DNA of 63,082 bases, the filler included, from Candidatus Woesearchaeota archaeon (lineage in GTDB: Archaea; Nanobdellota; Nanobdellia; Woesearchaeales; B72-G16), in assembly GCA_003650545.1 (NCBI GenBank). It is 17 parts of 17 records of this genome, joined end to end, with 100 filler letters (N's around TTAATTAATTAA, not from the genome) between each part and the next. Parts side by side here need not be neighbours in the genome. Positions count along the whole stretch, not along the records: positions 30,740 to 34,355 come from QMQO01000096.1; positions 34,456 to 38,041 come from QMQO01000097.1; positions 38,142 to 41,726 come from QMQO01000098.1; 14 more parts are not named here. One strand, given 5' to 3'. The translations under genes and the position numbers were made by a program. The notes below the pieces were generated by a model. That model made no database searches. It had not been told where the DNA came from and was given only the letters and a program-made list of their open reading frames with translations. Below, one piece after another: positions 30,886 through 41,826 of the stretch. Position 1 is the stretch's first letter, and each line of letters starts with the position of its first letter.

Positions 30886-31233
30886 CTACTTGGTAGACGT
30901 AACGTTAGCCGTGAAAGCACCAAGCTCTGATGCTAACTTTCTATAGAGCCCTTCTATGATAGCTTGCACTAGTAAATCGAGCTTCTCATACTTCTGTAGA
31001 TACTTGTTCATAGAGCCCACGTTCTGATTAAGCTCCTTGATTTGCATCCTCAACATCTCTAACTCACTCTTTAGCCTAGCAGTCTCATTAGTGAAATAGT
31101 TCACCATCAGCAGCATTGTAATGAACTGCATAATCACAACAGCTAGCAGCAGCACAGCAGATAGAGAAAGCTTGGGCTTCTCAACCTCTACGTACTCCTC
31201 AGGTGGAGACTGTGAATTAGACATTTTACACAC
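30886..31233 (-). CDS. Single-TM coiled-coil protein
   Basis: TM LSAVLLLAVVIMQFITMLL followed by heptad repeats. Confidence 0.6.
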   Translation of the reverse strand: MCKMSNSQSPPEEYVEVEKPKLSLSAVLLLAVVIMQFITMLLMVNYFTNETARLKSELEMLRMQIKELNQNVGSMNKYLQKYEKLDLLVQAIIEGLYRKLASELGAFTANVTSTK

Positions 31234-31264
31234 CCTATACAGAATACTATACCCAAGTTAAAAA

Positions 31265-31840
31265 TCATTGCTCTCTACAAACGTTACCCTCGCAGCTCCC
31301 TAGGCTAGCCCTAGTAAACTTGCGTTTCATTTCCTGCTTCTCAATAAACGGGGTCCTACTCTTACTTTTCTTAGAAGAGGTAGCCCTTTCAGCGCCACCC
31401 CCAGATTTCGAGGTGCTGCGCTTAACAACATTGAGAAATGCTGATACCCTACCCTTAGCTCTCTTCTCAGTAAACAGCAAATCCATTAGCTTTGTATATG
31501 GTATAACATCATCACCTAGAACAATAGCAGGGGTATCATAACCCAAGGTCCTTTGAAGGATATTAGAATAGGTGAAATCAGCGCCCATGATATAAGCCTC
31601 TTCATCAACAGCAATATCATCAACTAGCTTAAGAAGCTCCTTGAAATCCCTACGCTCAATGAGCTTATCGCAGTTAGAGCAGTTCCTAGATATTACTAGA
31701 AAGGCTCTGGGCTTACCCCCATACTCCTCCTCAGCCTCAGGTTCCTCTTCCTTAGAAGCCCCCTTCTTGCTGCTGCTACTCTTGCTAGGCGTCTCAGAGA
31801 TAGCAGAGACAATATCCTTAAAGCTAGGAAGCTTAGACAT
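31265..31840 (-). CDS. CxxC (thioredoxin-like) hypothetical protein with low-complexity termini
   Basis: FLVISRNCSNCDKL...TPAIVL resembles the thioredoxin CxxC and cis-Pro motifs. Confidence 0.45.
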   Translation of the reverse strand: MSKLPSFKDIVSAISETPSKSSSSKKGASKEEEPEAEEEYGGKPRAFLVISRNCSNCDKLIERRDFKELLKLVDDIAVDEEAYIMGADFTYSNILQRTLGYDTPAIVLGDDVIPYTKLMDLLFTEKRAKGRVSAFLNVVKRSTSKSGGGAERATSSKKSKSRTPFIEKQEMKRKFTRASLGSCEGNVCREQ

Positions 31841-31976
31841 AGCTACCCCCTATCATAATTTGCAAACAGCATTAAAAGCATCTATAAGAAGCTGAAATAA
31901 GCCCAAGGGAGTTTATATGAACGAGGGTAATATAATAAAATTCTGTGCTCCTAGGAACATAGAATATTAGTAAAAA

Positions 31977-32561
31977 TCATTGAGTTGTGAACTCAATAAC
32001 AGCAGTACCGCTAACAGCGTAGAGTTGGTTATATGGTCTTACCTTGAATCTCAGCCTAGCTGAATCAGCGCCTAGAGCCGCAGCAATCCTAACACTATGA
32101 ACACCTGTTACTGATGTCCTCAACATCTCATACTCACCTGTGTAACACTCTCCTTCATCAGTACTGAGGACCTGTGAACCGTCTACGTAAACCGTAGCAT
32201 TGCAAAGCTCAGTTATCAAGAACACTAGGTATGTACCGCTCTGATTATACGTAAACTCAACAACATTGATAGTAAGGTTACCCTCAGAGCCCACAACATC
32301 AGCAACAACCTCTATGAAATCATGGTAATACAGAACATCGTAGTTTATAGTAACCCTATAACCATTCTCGATTTCCTCAATCGCAACAGAGCCATAATCA
32401 GGGCTGTGAATATCGTAGATGCTCAGCGTGATAGGAGCAACAGGTCTATAGACAACCTCTATCGTAGCACCCCAGTAATCAATAGCGTAGACCGCAGCAG
32501 CGAAGAGCAGCAGAACAACAAAGAACAGGGTATACCTCATAGTATCACCCAGCAGGCTCAT
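31977..32561 (-). CDS. Secreted beta-rich hypothetical protein
   Basis: Signal peptide ending AAVYA; beta-strand pattern. Confidence 0.6.
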   Translation of the reverse strand: MSLLGDTMRYTLFFVVLLLFAAAVYAIDYWGATIEVVYRPVAPITLSIYDIHSPDYGSVAIEEIENGYRVTINYDVLYYHDFIEVVADVVGSEGNLTINVVEFTYNQSGTYLVFLITELCNATVYVDGSQVLSTDEGECYTGEYEMLRTSVTGVHSVRIAAALGADSARLRFKVRPYNQLYAVSGTAVIEFTTQ

Positions 32562-33189
32562 ACCTAATCTCTATATTCAGAGTGTAGGTTTTACCAATTT
32601 CACCCTCGATGTTGAACTCGATGTTGAACCTAGCCCAAGGTGGATAGTTAGGTGGCACCCCTCTCGATAACCCATAGACGTTTTCAACATAGAAGACACC
32701 TGTAGACCCAACAGGTATTGTAGCAACCTCCCTATCGTAGAAATCAGAGCAGCCCAGACTATCACCAGCTATATGATAGCCCTCAGCATCATCAACAGCT
32801 ATGTAACAACCGTAATCGAGTAGGACCTTGATATTACCCGTAGCATTACCATCAACCCTAACAGTAACCCTCCAATACATCGTATCGTTTTCCCAAGGAG
32901 GTACATAGTCATAGCGATAGTAGAGTTCTAAGAGCTTCAAACCCTTAACATCGCTCCTGTTGATAGACATCTTAACCATTTTGTTAGGTACAATATGCGT
33001 AATCTCAACACCTGTAGCAGGGTAATCAGGACCCGCCTCAACCCAGAACCCCTTGTATATCTTAGAAGTGATGTGAATCTCTACATTCTTGTATAGCAGC
33101 GGTAGAGCATAGGCGTAGACGCTGAACAGCAGAGCAGCAATAATGAAAGCTATACCTAATGTTCTGCGCAGGCTCATAGTATCACCCAA
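32545..33189 (-). CDS. Secreted beta-rich hypothetical protein
   Basis: Signal peptide ending VYAYA; overlaps its neighbours. Confidence 0.6.
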   Translation of the reverse strand: MGDTMSLRRTLGIAFIIAALLFSVYAYALPLLYKNVEIHITSKIYKGFWVEAGPDYPATGVEITHIVPNKMVKMSINRSDVKGLKLLELYYRYDYVPPWENDTMYWRVTVRVDGNATGNIKVLLDYGCYIAVDDAEGYHIAGDSLGCSDFYDREVATIPVGSTGVFYVENVYGLSRGVPPNYPPWARFNIEFNIEGEIGKTYTLNIEIRYEPAG

Positions 33190-33637
33190 TTATACCCAGT
33201 ATAGCAGCTATTGCTAGCAAAACCGTAAATACTCCCATACCCATCAGCAGAACCCTAATAACCTGCACCGCATAGGACAATGCGAATAGCAGCAAAGAGA
33301 CAAACGCAGCCTTAATGATTACATCTAGAGTGGTACCGCTAACGACAAAGCTAACATAACCCTTAAACCAATCAAAGACCTTGTTAAAACTACCAACAAT
33401 CCTAGAATCGCTAACAAGCTCTTCAATACCGCTATATGAAGAGCTGCTAGAGGTCTCAGTAGCTTCATCACTAGAGGACCCATTAGAGGTCTCACCTGCT
33501 TCATCAGCAGCGCTGCTAGCAGTACCTATATTATATATATTATAGGTATAGCCTCCTCTCCCACCAATAATCAGAGCTGCGAAGAGCAGCACAACAGCGA
33601 TGATACCAACAGCAACAAAGGCGTTCTTAGCACCCAT
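33182..33637 (-). CDS. Multi-pass membrane protein
   Basis: N-terminal TM, Ser/Glu-rich loop, two C-terminal TMs. Confidence 0.6.
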   Translation of the reverse strand: MGAKNAFVAVGIIAVVLLFAALIIGGRGGYTYNIYNIGTASSAADEAGETSNGSSSDEATETSSSSSYSGIEELVSDSRIVGSFNKVFDWFKGYVSFVVSGTTLDVIIKAAFVSLLLFALSYAVQVIRVLLMGMGVFTVLLAIAAILGIIG

Positions 33638-33696
33638 TCTCCCACCTATTCACTAAATATTTAGCAAAGCGATTTAATACAATTATTGGTGTTTAT

Positions 33697-34122
33697 ATGA
33701 GCCTTTCAAAGATATTGCTCCTATCACTAACAGCCCTAGTAGCACTAAGCATATTCAGCTACGTAGGCTTAGGAAGACCTGTTATGGTAACGGTCCTTGG
33801 AAACTCGATGTACCCCACGCTGCTACCCCTAGATGTCGTTTTCGTAAACCCTGTTCCCACGATAATCAACGAGGGAGACATCATAGTATTCCGCAAATAC
33901 GATATGGTGATTATCCATAGAGTGGTGAGGATAACAGAAGAAGGCTACATAACAAAAGGAGATGCTAACCCTGTTGAAGACCCTTGGATTGTAAAGAAAG
34001 AAGAGGTCCTAGCCAAGGTCCTACAGATAAAGGGAGTTCCTCTAAAAACAAACGTTATACCAACAGCAGCCCTCTTTATCGGTCTAGACTTGCTGCGTAG
34101 GCGTAAAGCTCAGAGAACCTAG
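33697..34122 (+). CDS. Signal peptidase I (S26, Ser-His type, Sec11/SipW-like)
   Basis: GNSMYPTL, GDIIVF, IIHRV, TKGDAN...DP. Confidence 0.9.
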   Translation: MSLSKILLLSLTALVALSIFSYVGLGRPVMVTVLGNSMYPTLLPLDVVFVNPVPTIINEGDIIVFRKYDMVIIHRVVRITEEGYITKGDANPVEDPWIVKKEEVLAKVLQIKGVPLKTNVIPTAALFIGLDLLRRRKAQRT

Positions 34123-34315
34123 CTTCATCTCTACAGATAGCCCTAAGCTCTTCAAGAACAAGCCCAACATCAATTTCCTTAGGAAGACGCCTAGCCTTAG
34201 CCCTAAGCTTCTCCTTAACCCTTAGACACCCTACATCAACAGCCCTGTGAAACAGGTATACCTGCATCATCAAGAAGCTACCAAGCTCAACCGAAATCTT
34301 GTTCTTGGGATACAT
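34076..34315 (-). CDS. Hypothetical protein
   Basis: 79-aa ORF with a TTTTATATA box upstream. Confidence 0.45.
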   Translation of the reverse strand: MYPKNKISVELGSFLMMQVYLFHRAVDVGCLRVKEKLRAKARRLPKEIDVGLVLEELRAICRDEARFSELYAYAASLDR

Positions 34316-34455
34316 CTAACCCCTTAGAACAGGGAGTATATAAAAGGGGATGGGANNNNNNNNNNNNNNNNNNNNNNNNNNNNNNNNNNNNNNNNNNNNT
34401 TAATTAATTAANNNNNNNNNNNNNNNNNNNNNNNNNNNNNNNNNNNNNNNNNNNN

Positions 34456-34797
34456 TCAAGAGTTGTTATTGAGAACCTAGATTATCGTGAATGTATTAGG
34501 AAGTATGATAGCCCCGAAACATGGTTCTACCTGGACCCGCCATACCTTGGATATAAGGGTGGCTACGTCCACGGGGACTGGAGCGAGAAGGACTACGAGG
34601 AACTCTACAGGATCCTGAGAAGTATTAAGGGTAAGTGGATAATGAACCATGCAGACCACCCATACATACGTGAACTATTCAAGGAATTCTATATAATCGA
34701 AGTAGAATGTATTAGGAGCACAAAACGAGTTAAAAAGGGAGGTAAAAGGGAGAAGTATACCGAGTTACTCATAGCGAACTACTCACTACAATACTAA
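34456..34797 (+). CDS. Dam-family DNA adenine methyltransferase, C-terminal part; missed by the ORF track
   Basis: RVVIENLDYRECIRKYDSPETWFYLDPPY...IKGKWIM...TELLIANY. Confidence 0.9.
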   Translation, partial: SRVVIENLDYRECIRKYDSPETWFYLDPPYLGYKGGYVHGDWSEKDYEELYRILRSIKGKWIMNHADHPYIRELFKEFYIIEVECIRSTKRVKKGGKREKYTELLIANYSLQY

Positions 34798-34927
34798 TAT
34801 CAGGAAGGTGTTAGGGAGAACCTTACTGGGAGATTTCTCTCTAACACTTTAACGCAAATTTCCGCATCTGACAGAAAGGGATAAACTTATATATTTACTC
34901 AAGCTAATAGTATATTCGGGAGCAACT

Positions 34928-35266
34928 GTGGTAAAACATAGTTTATGTTTATATTTCATGGATAAGTTCATACCGCTAGATATTCCTTTGGATAAGGTAT
35001 TGGAGTTTGCTGAGAATAGACCCCTAGAGCTTTTCAAGCTAGTTAGAAATATCATTGAGAATGAAGTAGGGCAAGTATATGATGTAGAGGTTTATGAGAA
35101 GTACTTTGATCCAAAGGATATGGATATAGTTATAGAATATTTCGTTAAATGTAGTCTTGGTGAATTATCACTAAAAATAATATACTCTAGAGATCCTATG
35201 AAAACCTTAAACAAGTATTATGACTATGAGAAAAGTATAAAGAGCCGATCTCATGGGAATTATTGA
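34928..35266 (+). CDS. Hypothetical archaeal protein
   Basis: ORF with a probable start at the MDKFIP methionine. Confidence 0.55.
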   Translation: MVKHSLCLYFMDKFIPLDIPLDKVLEFAENRPLELFKLVRNIIENEVGQVYDVEVYEKYFDPKDMDIVIEYFVKCSLGELSLKIIYSRDPMKTLNKYYDYEKSIKSRSHGNY

Positions 35267-35318
35267 GGCTATTACCTTGAATTAACGACTAAATTCTATT
35301 GAGGCTTTATGGCAAGCT

Positions 35319-36461
35319 CTAATACCGTTTGCCTTCTTTTATGAGCCTATTTAATTCTTCCAACTTCTCTGCCAGGTCTTCAACTCTTCTTTCAATGGTC
35401 TTCACAACCTCATATAAGTTTGACTCTCTGGACTCTTTAGCCTTCGCTGCACATACACCCCAGTCAAAGTACTCTACGAGAGATTTAGCAAGTCTAGCAG
35501 CATATTCTATATGTGTCAAGGCTTTATCAGATTTAAGTATTAATAAAAACTTACTTGAAAACCCTTTTATCATCAAATTAATATCCAGAGTAAATGCAAC
35601 CATAACCATTTCAGCTAGCTGCTTTATGTACATCTCCTGATGTACTGTAGTATCTATGGGCATACCCATAATTTCAGGTGCTGGACCTGCTCTCATCGAA
35701 AGTCCACTTTTCCAACCAGATAAGTGTACATTAAGTCTGAGACTGCAATATCTACTCTTAATTTCAAGACTTACATGGTCTAATGAACGATCGATTACCG
35801 ATAGCTGAAATGCTTCTGGTAGCGTTATGATTATTTGGGGTAGGCTATGTTCCGTTATCTCCTTAGGTGTTATGCTAAGTACATTCATTAATATGCTATT
35901 GTCCTTAAACATATTAGCTACAGCCTGCTCCCTGTATTCTTTGACTTTCATACCATAAAAGGGTCCATATACTAGGTTAGATGAAGTATAGCTGAGGCCT
36001 TTAATTAAAATGTATTCCATAAAGTCCATTAATATGTGTCTCTTACTGGTTCTTATATCAGGTAGCTCTTGTAGTTTTTTCTTATCTATAAGTCCTCTTT
36101 TATTGAGTGCTTCAAATACATCATATGCAATGATCTGTGGCCAATAGTATATTGAAGGAGGCCATACGACTTCACCCTTGACGGCATTTATTAGGAGAAT
36201 GGTATGAGCTCTAAAATTCCATGATAACCTAGGTTTCACATAGCTCCATAACTTAATAACCATGATAAAAGCAAGAAATAATAGCGTTACAATTGACAGT
36301 ATTACCACGTAACCTTGTACAAAAGGAGTAATGAAATAAGCAATTACATTCCCTGTAACACCGAAAAGTAATGCTAAAATATATCCCGTGAGCACTATGA
36401 TCTTAAATTCCCTTATAGTTCTCCTTAAGTCCTCAAGTACATTGTCAATGTCTGAGGACAT
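35319..36461 (-). CDS. Two-TM protein with a large soluble domain and C-terminal coiled coil
   Basis: Two N-terminal hydrophobic helices; 380 aa. Confidence 0.65.
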   Translation of the reverse strand: MSSDIDNVLEDLRRTIREFKIIVLTGYILALLFGVTGNVIAYFITPFVQGYVVILSIVTLLFLAFIMVIKLWSYVKPRLSWNFRAHTILLINAVKGEVVWPPSIYYWPQIIAYDVFEALNKRGLIDKKKLQELPDIRTSKRHILMDFMEYILIKGLSYTSSNLVYGPFYGMKVKEYREQAVANMFKDNSILMNVLSITPKEITEHSLPQIIITLPEAFQLSVIDRSLDHVSLEIKSRYCSLRLNVHLSGWKSGLSMRAGPAPEIMGMPIDTTVHQEMYIKQLAEMVMVAFTLDINLMIKGFSSKFLLILKSDKALTHIEYAARLAKSLVEYFDWGVCAAKAKESRESNLYEVVKTIERRVEDLAEKLEELNRLIKEGKRY

Positions 36462-36871
36462 GTACTTCGCCCCTAGGATTATTATTGATAAGTTTCATTA
36501 TTACTGTGTCCTCCTGCAAGTTGGTATAAACTAAATAGTTTCACCGTTCTAAACGTAGTCATTGTAGTATAAACTCTGTTCTCGTGACTGGCTGCAAATT
36601 CCGACATTCCCTCGATTATACTCATATAATTGTGCTTATGTTGCATTATTTGATAAACCTGCTTAGGGTAAGAGCTATATTGTACAGATTGTGGGAACGA
36701 GAGTCATGATTTGGAAGGTTAATATTAGAGGTGTTGATAAAATGACTCATTTGATAAATGAGTCTAATTATTATGCTTACTAAAGCATTATCTCTAAGGG
36801 ATCCTTTAAATGTCCTGTAATCGGCTGTAATGGGATTCTAGAGGCTATATGCAAAGAATTGAATGGACGAG

Positions 36872-37510
36872 CTATATGCTACTTTCACATAATATTGAAT
36901 GAGCTTTTTCGATAAGTATCCTTGTAATCTTGGCGGTTTTCTCTAACGCATTATATGCTTCTCTATCACTAGCCCAGCCTTTCCTTGCTACTAAGAGTTC
37001 AAGTTCTTTACTACGGTCTAACGTTTTAGATAGCTCTTTTCTTAGTCTTTGAGCATAATGGGCCACAATATTTCTTAGATTCCTAACATCATTTATCTTA
37101 GCCTCAAGCTTCCCATTTATTAACTTGATCTTTTTAGCCTCTTCAATAACACGACCAAATTTCAAGTTATACACGGTATTGTCTAGTTCAACGCTCCAAA
37201 TACGTCCTTGCCTGTCACACATAACTTTACCTTTTATAGCTGAGGTAAGGTCGTAAAGTAGAGACTCTAAAACCACTCCGCACATGAGTATTGCTGCCAT
37301 AAATGCACCATTCTGATAGCATGATAATGCCTCTCTGAATAAGTCTATATCTGAGCCAATAATTAAGTACATATCTGTAAACCTTCTACATGATACAAGT
37401 ATGTGCCATGCATTCTTTAAACGTTCTTCTCTAGCAGCTCTTAACTCATCGCACTTACTAGGGCCTATCCAAATAACTTCACTTTCTGTTCCAGATCTTA
37501 CCTTAGACAA
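36872..37510 (-). CDS. HEPN-like (DUF4145/Abi-type) protein
   Basis: EALSCYQNGAFMAAILMCGVVLE and RxxxxH motif RNIVAH. Confidence 0.7.
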   Translation of the reverse strand: MSKVRSGTESEVIWIGPSKCDELRAAREERLKNAWHILVSCRRFTDMYLIIGSDIDLFREALSCYQNGAFMAAILMCGVVLESLLYDLTSAIKGKVMCDRQGRIWSVELDNTVYNLKFGRVIEEAKKIKLINGKLEAKINDVRNLRNIVAHYAQRLRKELSKTLDRSKELELLVARKGWASDREAYNALEKTAKITRILIEKAHSILCESSI

Positions 37511-37795
37511 GAGGGCTCACCTTAAGGATTGCTCTGGAAAAATATAGTATAGAGTGATATATGGTTCTATTAGTCGGTAATTCTTCTTTAAGACCTTTAC
37601 TCACAGGCTACGCTCCTTACAACTAGCAATGAGTTCTTTTGAGCTAAACTTGTAACATTAGGACGTTTTTAAGTATTCTAAATTGACTGTGAGGTTAAAA
37701 GATAAGCAGCTATCTTTTAATGTCAAGACTATAATACTAATTTCTGAACTTATATACATCAGGTCTTTAGCAACATTATACTTGAGGTCGACTTC

Positions 37796-38041
37796 ATGGT
37801 AAAATGCGTAATATCTGAGAAGTCTCTTGAAATGAATGTTTCTGAAAACATTGTAAATATTGTTAGGCGTAATCACCCTAAGGCATACATATATGGATAT
37901 AGTGCGAGGATTGAAGCTATACATGGGCTTGACTGCTCAATAAACATACCTGGACACTTAAGAATCACTAGTTTTCAATTCAAAAAGCCTAACTCGAGAT
38001 CCGATAATAATTACAAGTTTACTTTTAATATTAGACTTCAA
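37796..38041 (+). CDS. Putative PD-(D/E)xK nuclease N-terminus, truncated
   Basis: SEKSLE...GLDCSI...FQFKKP. Confidence 0.5.
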
Positions 38042-38141
38042 NNNNNNNNNNNNNNNNNNNNNNNNNNNNNNNNNNNNNNNNNNNNTTAATTAATTAANNN
38101 NNNNNNNNNNNNNNNNNNNNNNNNNNNNNNNNNNNNNNNNN

Positions 38142-38589
38142 TAAGGCTCTTAATTATCTCATTAATCTTTATTCTTCTCTCCTCTAACCCAGATTCAATC
38201 TTACTCTTTTCCAGTTCCTCCATATATGTTTCAATCTTGTTCTTAGGAATAAGGATTCTGCCGCACTCCCTGCATGTACACCTCAGTAAATCATATATAA
38301 CACTAACAAACTTGATATGTATGACTGGTCTTGCTAAGGAGATATAACCAAAATGACCAATACACTCCTTAAGCTTTGAACCACATGTTTTGCACTTAAG
38401 GCCAGGATCTATCACTCCAAGCCTTGCATCCATTAATCCGCCATCAACTGGATAACCCTCTTTGTCATAAAGCTCTGGAGTTACTATTTTGGCAGAAGCC
38501 ATTTTCTTGATTGTATTTGGGCTTAAAATACTAAAGGCAATACTTTCAACCTTTTTAAAAACCGGAATTTCATTGTCTTCCATTTTCAA
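38142..38589 (-). CDS. rpo1N: Archaeal RNA polymerase subunit A' (Rpo1N), N-terminal part
   Basis: GGLMDARLG, CKTCG...CIGHFG..LARPVIH, CRECG. Confidence 0.97.
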
Positions 38590-40388
38590 TATTTGTTTTT
38601 TAAGACCAGCCTTGGATGCACTGTTAATGACTTTAATTCATCAAGCAGTAGCTTGAAGGCATAGCTTACCTCAATAAAATTTATTTCAACATTATCGCCG
38701 CATATTGGGCAGTATGATTTATTCTTGAATTTATCATGTATTGCTATCATCCCACACTCTTCACAGACAGGAACTACTGTTCTGTCTGCATCAAACCTTT
38801 CCTTTAACAATAAGGATGCTCCATGTGCAACAAATGTATCTTTTTCCATCTCTCCTAAACGCAGGCCACCCTCTTTTGCCCTGCCCTCTGTTGGCTGTCT
38901 TGTCAAAAGCTGTATTGGGCCTCTTGCTCTGGCATGTATCTTATTAGCAACCATATGCTTTAATTTCATATAATAAATATTTCCAATATAGATCTTTGCC
39001 TCAAACTCTTCTCCTGTAATTCCATTATACATTGTTTCAGTACCATTCTCTCTGAAGCCAAGCGATAAGAGTTCTTTTCTTAATTTTTCTTCTGGCTCAA
39101 CATCAAACAGTGTTCCATCTATATACCTTGATGATAAAGCACCTACCTTGCCTGCAATTAATTCTATAAGATGTGAGATAGTCATTCTTGATGGAACCCC
39201 GTGAGGTGAAAATATAAGGTCTGGCGTAATTCCAGATGCTGTGAAAGGCATGTCTGCCTGGTCGATTATTAATCCAACAACGCCTTTCTGGCCATGCCTT
39301 GATGTGAACTTATCACCAATCTCTGGGATTCTCTGATCCCTTATCTTTACCTGAACAAGCCTATTACCTTCACTGCTTTCGGTTATTAATACAAAGTCAA
39401 TAATTCCCTCTTCTCCATGTTTTAGTGCTACCGAACTTTCACGTCTGTTGCTTGGTGCAAAGTTATACTGATCCATAGAACTTAAAAACCTTGGTGGGCT
39501 TGTCTTGCCGATAATAACATCCCCTTCTGAAACCTTTGCTTCTTGGAAGATAATTCCATCTTTTTCCAATAATCTATAATCCCTCTCACTTTTATATCCT
39601 TTTACATCCTTATCAGGTATTGATATTTCATCAGTAAGTCCGCCAGAATATCTTAGTTCCTCAGCTATCGATGGCCTATAATATGTTGATCTTCCAAAAC
39701 CAAGGTCAATTGAAGCCTTATTTAAAACCACTGCATCATCAACATTATATCCTTTATAACTCATAATAGCTACTACAATATTTTGTCCTGAAGGGTGCTT
39801 GTTATAGTTAGAAACATCATGCATGACTGACTGTACAAGGGGTATCTGTGGATAATGCAGCATATTAACATCCATATCAATTCTTATTGGGAAGTTTATT
39901 GCATACATCCCAAGTGCCTGTTTCTGATTTTTAGAGCCAATGCTTATTCTTGCACCAGGGCTGAAATTTGCATAAGGTACTAATGATGTGCATAAACCAA
40001 CCATTGCCAGTGGAGCAAGCTCTAGATGGGTATGTTCTTTTGTTAACTCTTCTCTGGAAAAAGCAACAAAGGCACTTTCTTCTTCAGCTGCATCAAGATA
40101 TTCAATAACTCCTTGTTTTACAAGATCAGAAAATAAAATCTCATTTTTTTGTAATTTTTTAATATGCTCTTCTGTTAAAAGTGATTGCCCATCTTTGACA
40201 ACAATTAATGGCCTTCTCAGTCTACCTTTATCATCATTTATGTGTATATTGCCAACTATTTTATCATAATATATATTTATATTATTTGAAATAACCCCTT
40301 TTCTTCTTCCTTCCCTAACTTTATCACTAAATTCACCAGGGTTTTCTACTGTTCCAATAAATTTTCCATTTAGATATACTTCGCTCAT
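38586..40388 (-). CDS. rpo2C: Archaeal RNA polymerase subunit B' (Rpo2C)
   Basis: GDKFTSRHGQKG, KLKHMVANKIHARARGP, RQPTEGRAKEGGLRLGEME. Confidence 0.97.
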   Translation of the reverse strand: MSEVYLNGKFIGTVENPGEFSDKVREGRRKGVISNNINIYYDKIVGNIHINDDKGRLRRPLIVVKDGQSLLTEEHIKKLQKNEILFSDLVKQGVIEYLDAAEEESAFVAFSREELTKEHTHLELAPLAMVGLCTSLVPYANFSPGARISIGSKNQKQALGMYAINFPIRIDMDVNMLHYPQIPLVQSVMHDVSNYNKHPSGQNIVVAIMSYKGYNVDDAVVLNKASIDLGFGRSTYYRPSIAEELRYSGGLTDEISIPDKDVKGYKSERDYRLLEKDGIIFQEAKVSEGDVIIGKTSPPRFLSSMDQYNFAPSNRRESSVALKHGEEGIIDFVLITESSEGNRLVQVKIRDQRIPEIGDKFTSRHGQKGVVGLIIDQADMPFTASGITPDLIFSPHGVPSRMTISHLIELIAGKVGALSSRYIDGTLFDVEPEEKLRKELLSLGFRENGTETMYNGITGEEFEAKIYIGNIYYMKLKHMVANKIHARARGPIQLLTRQPTEGRAKEGGLRLGEMEKDTFVAHGASLLLKERFDADRTVVPVCEECGMIAIHDKFKNKSYCPICGDNVEINFIEVSYAFKLLLDELKSLTVHPRLVLKNKY

Positions 40389-40390
40389 TT

Positions 40391-41726
40391 TTACTTTAGT
40401 AGCTTTAGGCCAAGACCTTTTAGTGGTTTTATTGTTTCTTCTTCTTTAACATTCTGTGATATATTTGCAATTAATGCCAAGTTTTTCTTTAGGCCGATGT
40501 TTGTTCCTTCTGGAGTTTCAACAGGGCATAACCTTCCAAGGTGAGTGCTGTGAAGCTCTCTTGCCTCAAAATTTTCCTGGGTTGCTGACAATGGGCTCAC
40601 AACCCTTTGTAAGTGAGACATCATATCAAGAAAATTTAGGCGTTGTATCCTCTGGCTTACACCTTTTCTGCCTCCAACCCAGTTTCCTGTTGCCATTGAG
40701 GAATAAATTCTTGATGTCAGCAACTTCTCTCTTATAATCACTTTTATAGATGGGAATTTACCTCTTTTTACGATTCTTTGGAAATTATATAAGATATCAT
40801 TTATTAGGATATTTAGATTAACTCTTATCAGGTCTGCCAATAAGTCACCACTCATCTTGACCTTTTTGTTCATGTAATGGTCCTTGTCATCAACTTTTAT
40901 TTCCCCTCTAGAAACACGTATGAACTTTTTTATTATCTTACATAGATTATGGGCTTTTTGTAGTCTGTCTTTTTTATCAACACCTATATGGGGCATAAGA
41001 TATTTATCCATAATTTCCTTTGTTCTCTCGATCCTTATATCCTTTGATTGGGTTATGCCTGATTTTTTTGCTATGTAATCAATTGCATCTTCCTGTGTTT
41101 TTATATCAACACATTCATATAGATTTACAAGCATTTCATCATAATTATCTTCTGAGACAGCCCCCATTATTTCTTCATCCTTCATAAGACCAAGTGCCTT
41201 AATTACAGTAACAATAGGTATTCTCTTGATTCTTGTAAAACTTAAATAGATTATTCCATCTTTCATCCTCTCAATTGTGTGAGGTATCTTGAAAGAGCCT
41301 CTTTCTGAAAATAGTTTTCCAACATATTCACTAGGTCCTGTTTTTGTTTTTTCAACCAAGAGCCTGTTTGAAGCAAGATCCTCTATGTTAACAAGCACTT
41401 TCTCGCTTCCATTTATTATGAAATAACCGCCTGGATCATCAGGGTCTTCTCCTTTATTTATTAACCCCTCTCTATCTAGCTTGTTAAGATGACAGTATTT
41501 TGACTTGAGCATTATTGGAAGATTGCCAATCTGTGCCTTTATTGATTCTCTTTTTTGCCCGTTAATATGTGCGGATACCTCAACAAACATTGGAGCAGCA
41601 TAGGTTATCTTCCTTAGTCTTGCTTCTGATGGGAATATATCCCTTTTTGAGCCATCTGCTTCAGTTATCTCTGGCTTGGTAATCCATATTTTGTCAAACC
41701 TTATTTTATATGTATCAACATTAGGA
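40391..41726 (-). CDS. rpo2N: Archaeal RNA polymerase subunit B'' (Rpo2N), 5'-truncated
   Basis: DPGGYFIINGSE, DDKDHY, ARELHSTHLGRLCPVETPEGTNIGL. Confidence 0.97.
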
Positions 41727-41826
41727 NNNNNNNNNNNNNNNNNNNNNNNNNNNNNNNNNNNNNNNNNNNNTTAATTAATTAANNNNNNNNNNNNNNNNNN
41801 NNNNNNNNNNNNNNNNNNNNNNNNNN

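Noticed and set aside
38142..41726. Split RNA polymerase B subunit as a novelty
   Set aside because: The B''/B' split followed by A' is the established arrangement in many Euryarchaeota and DPANN archaea
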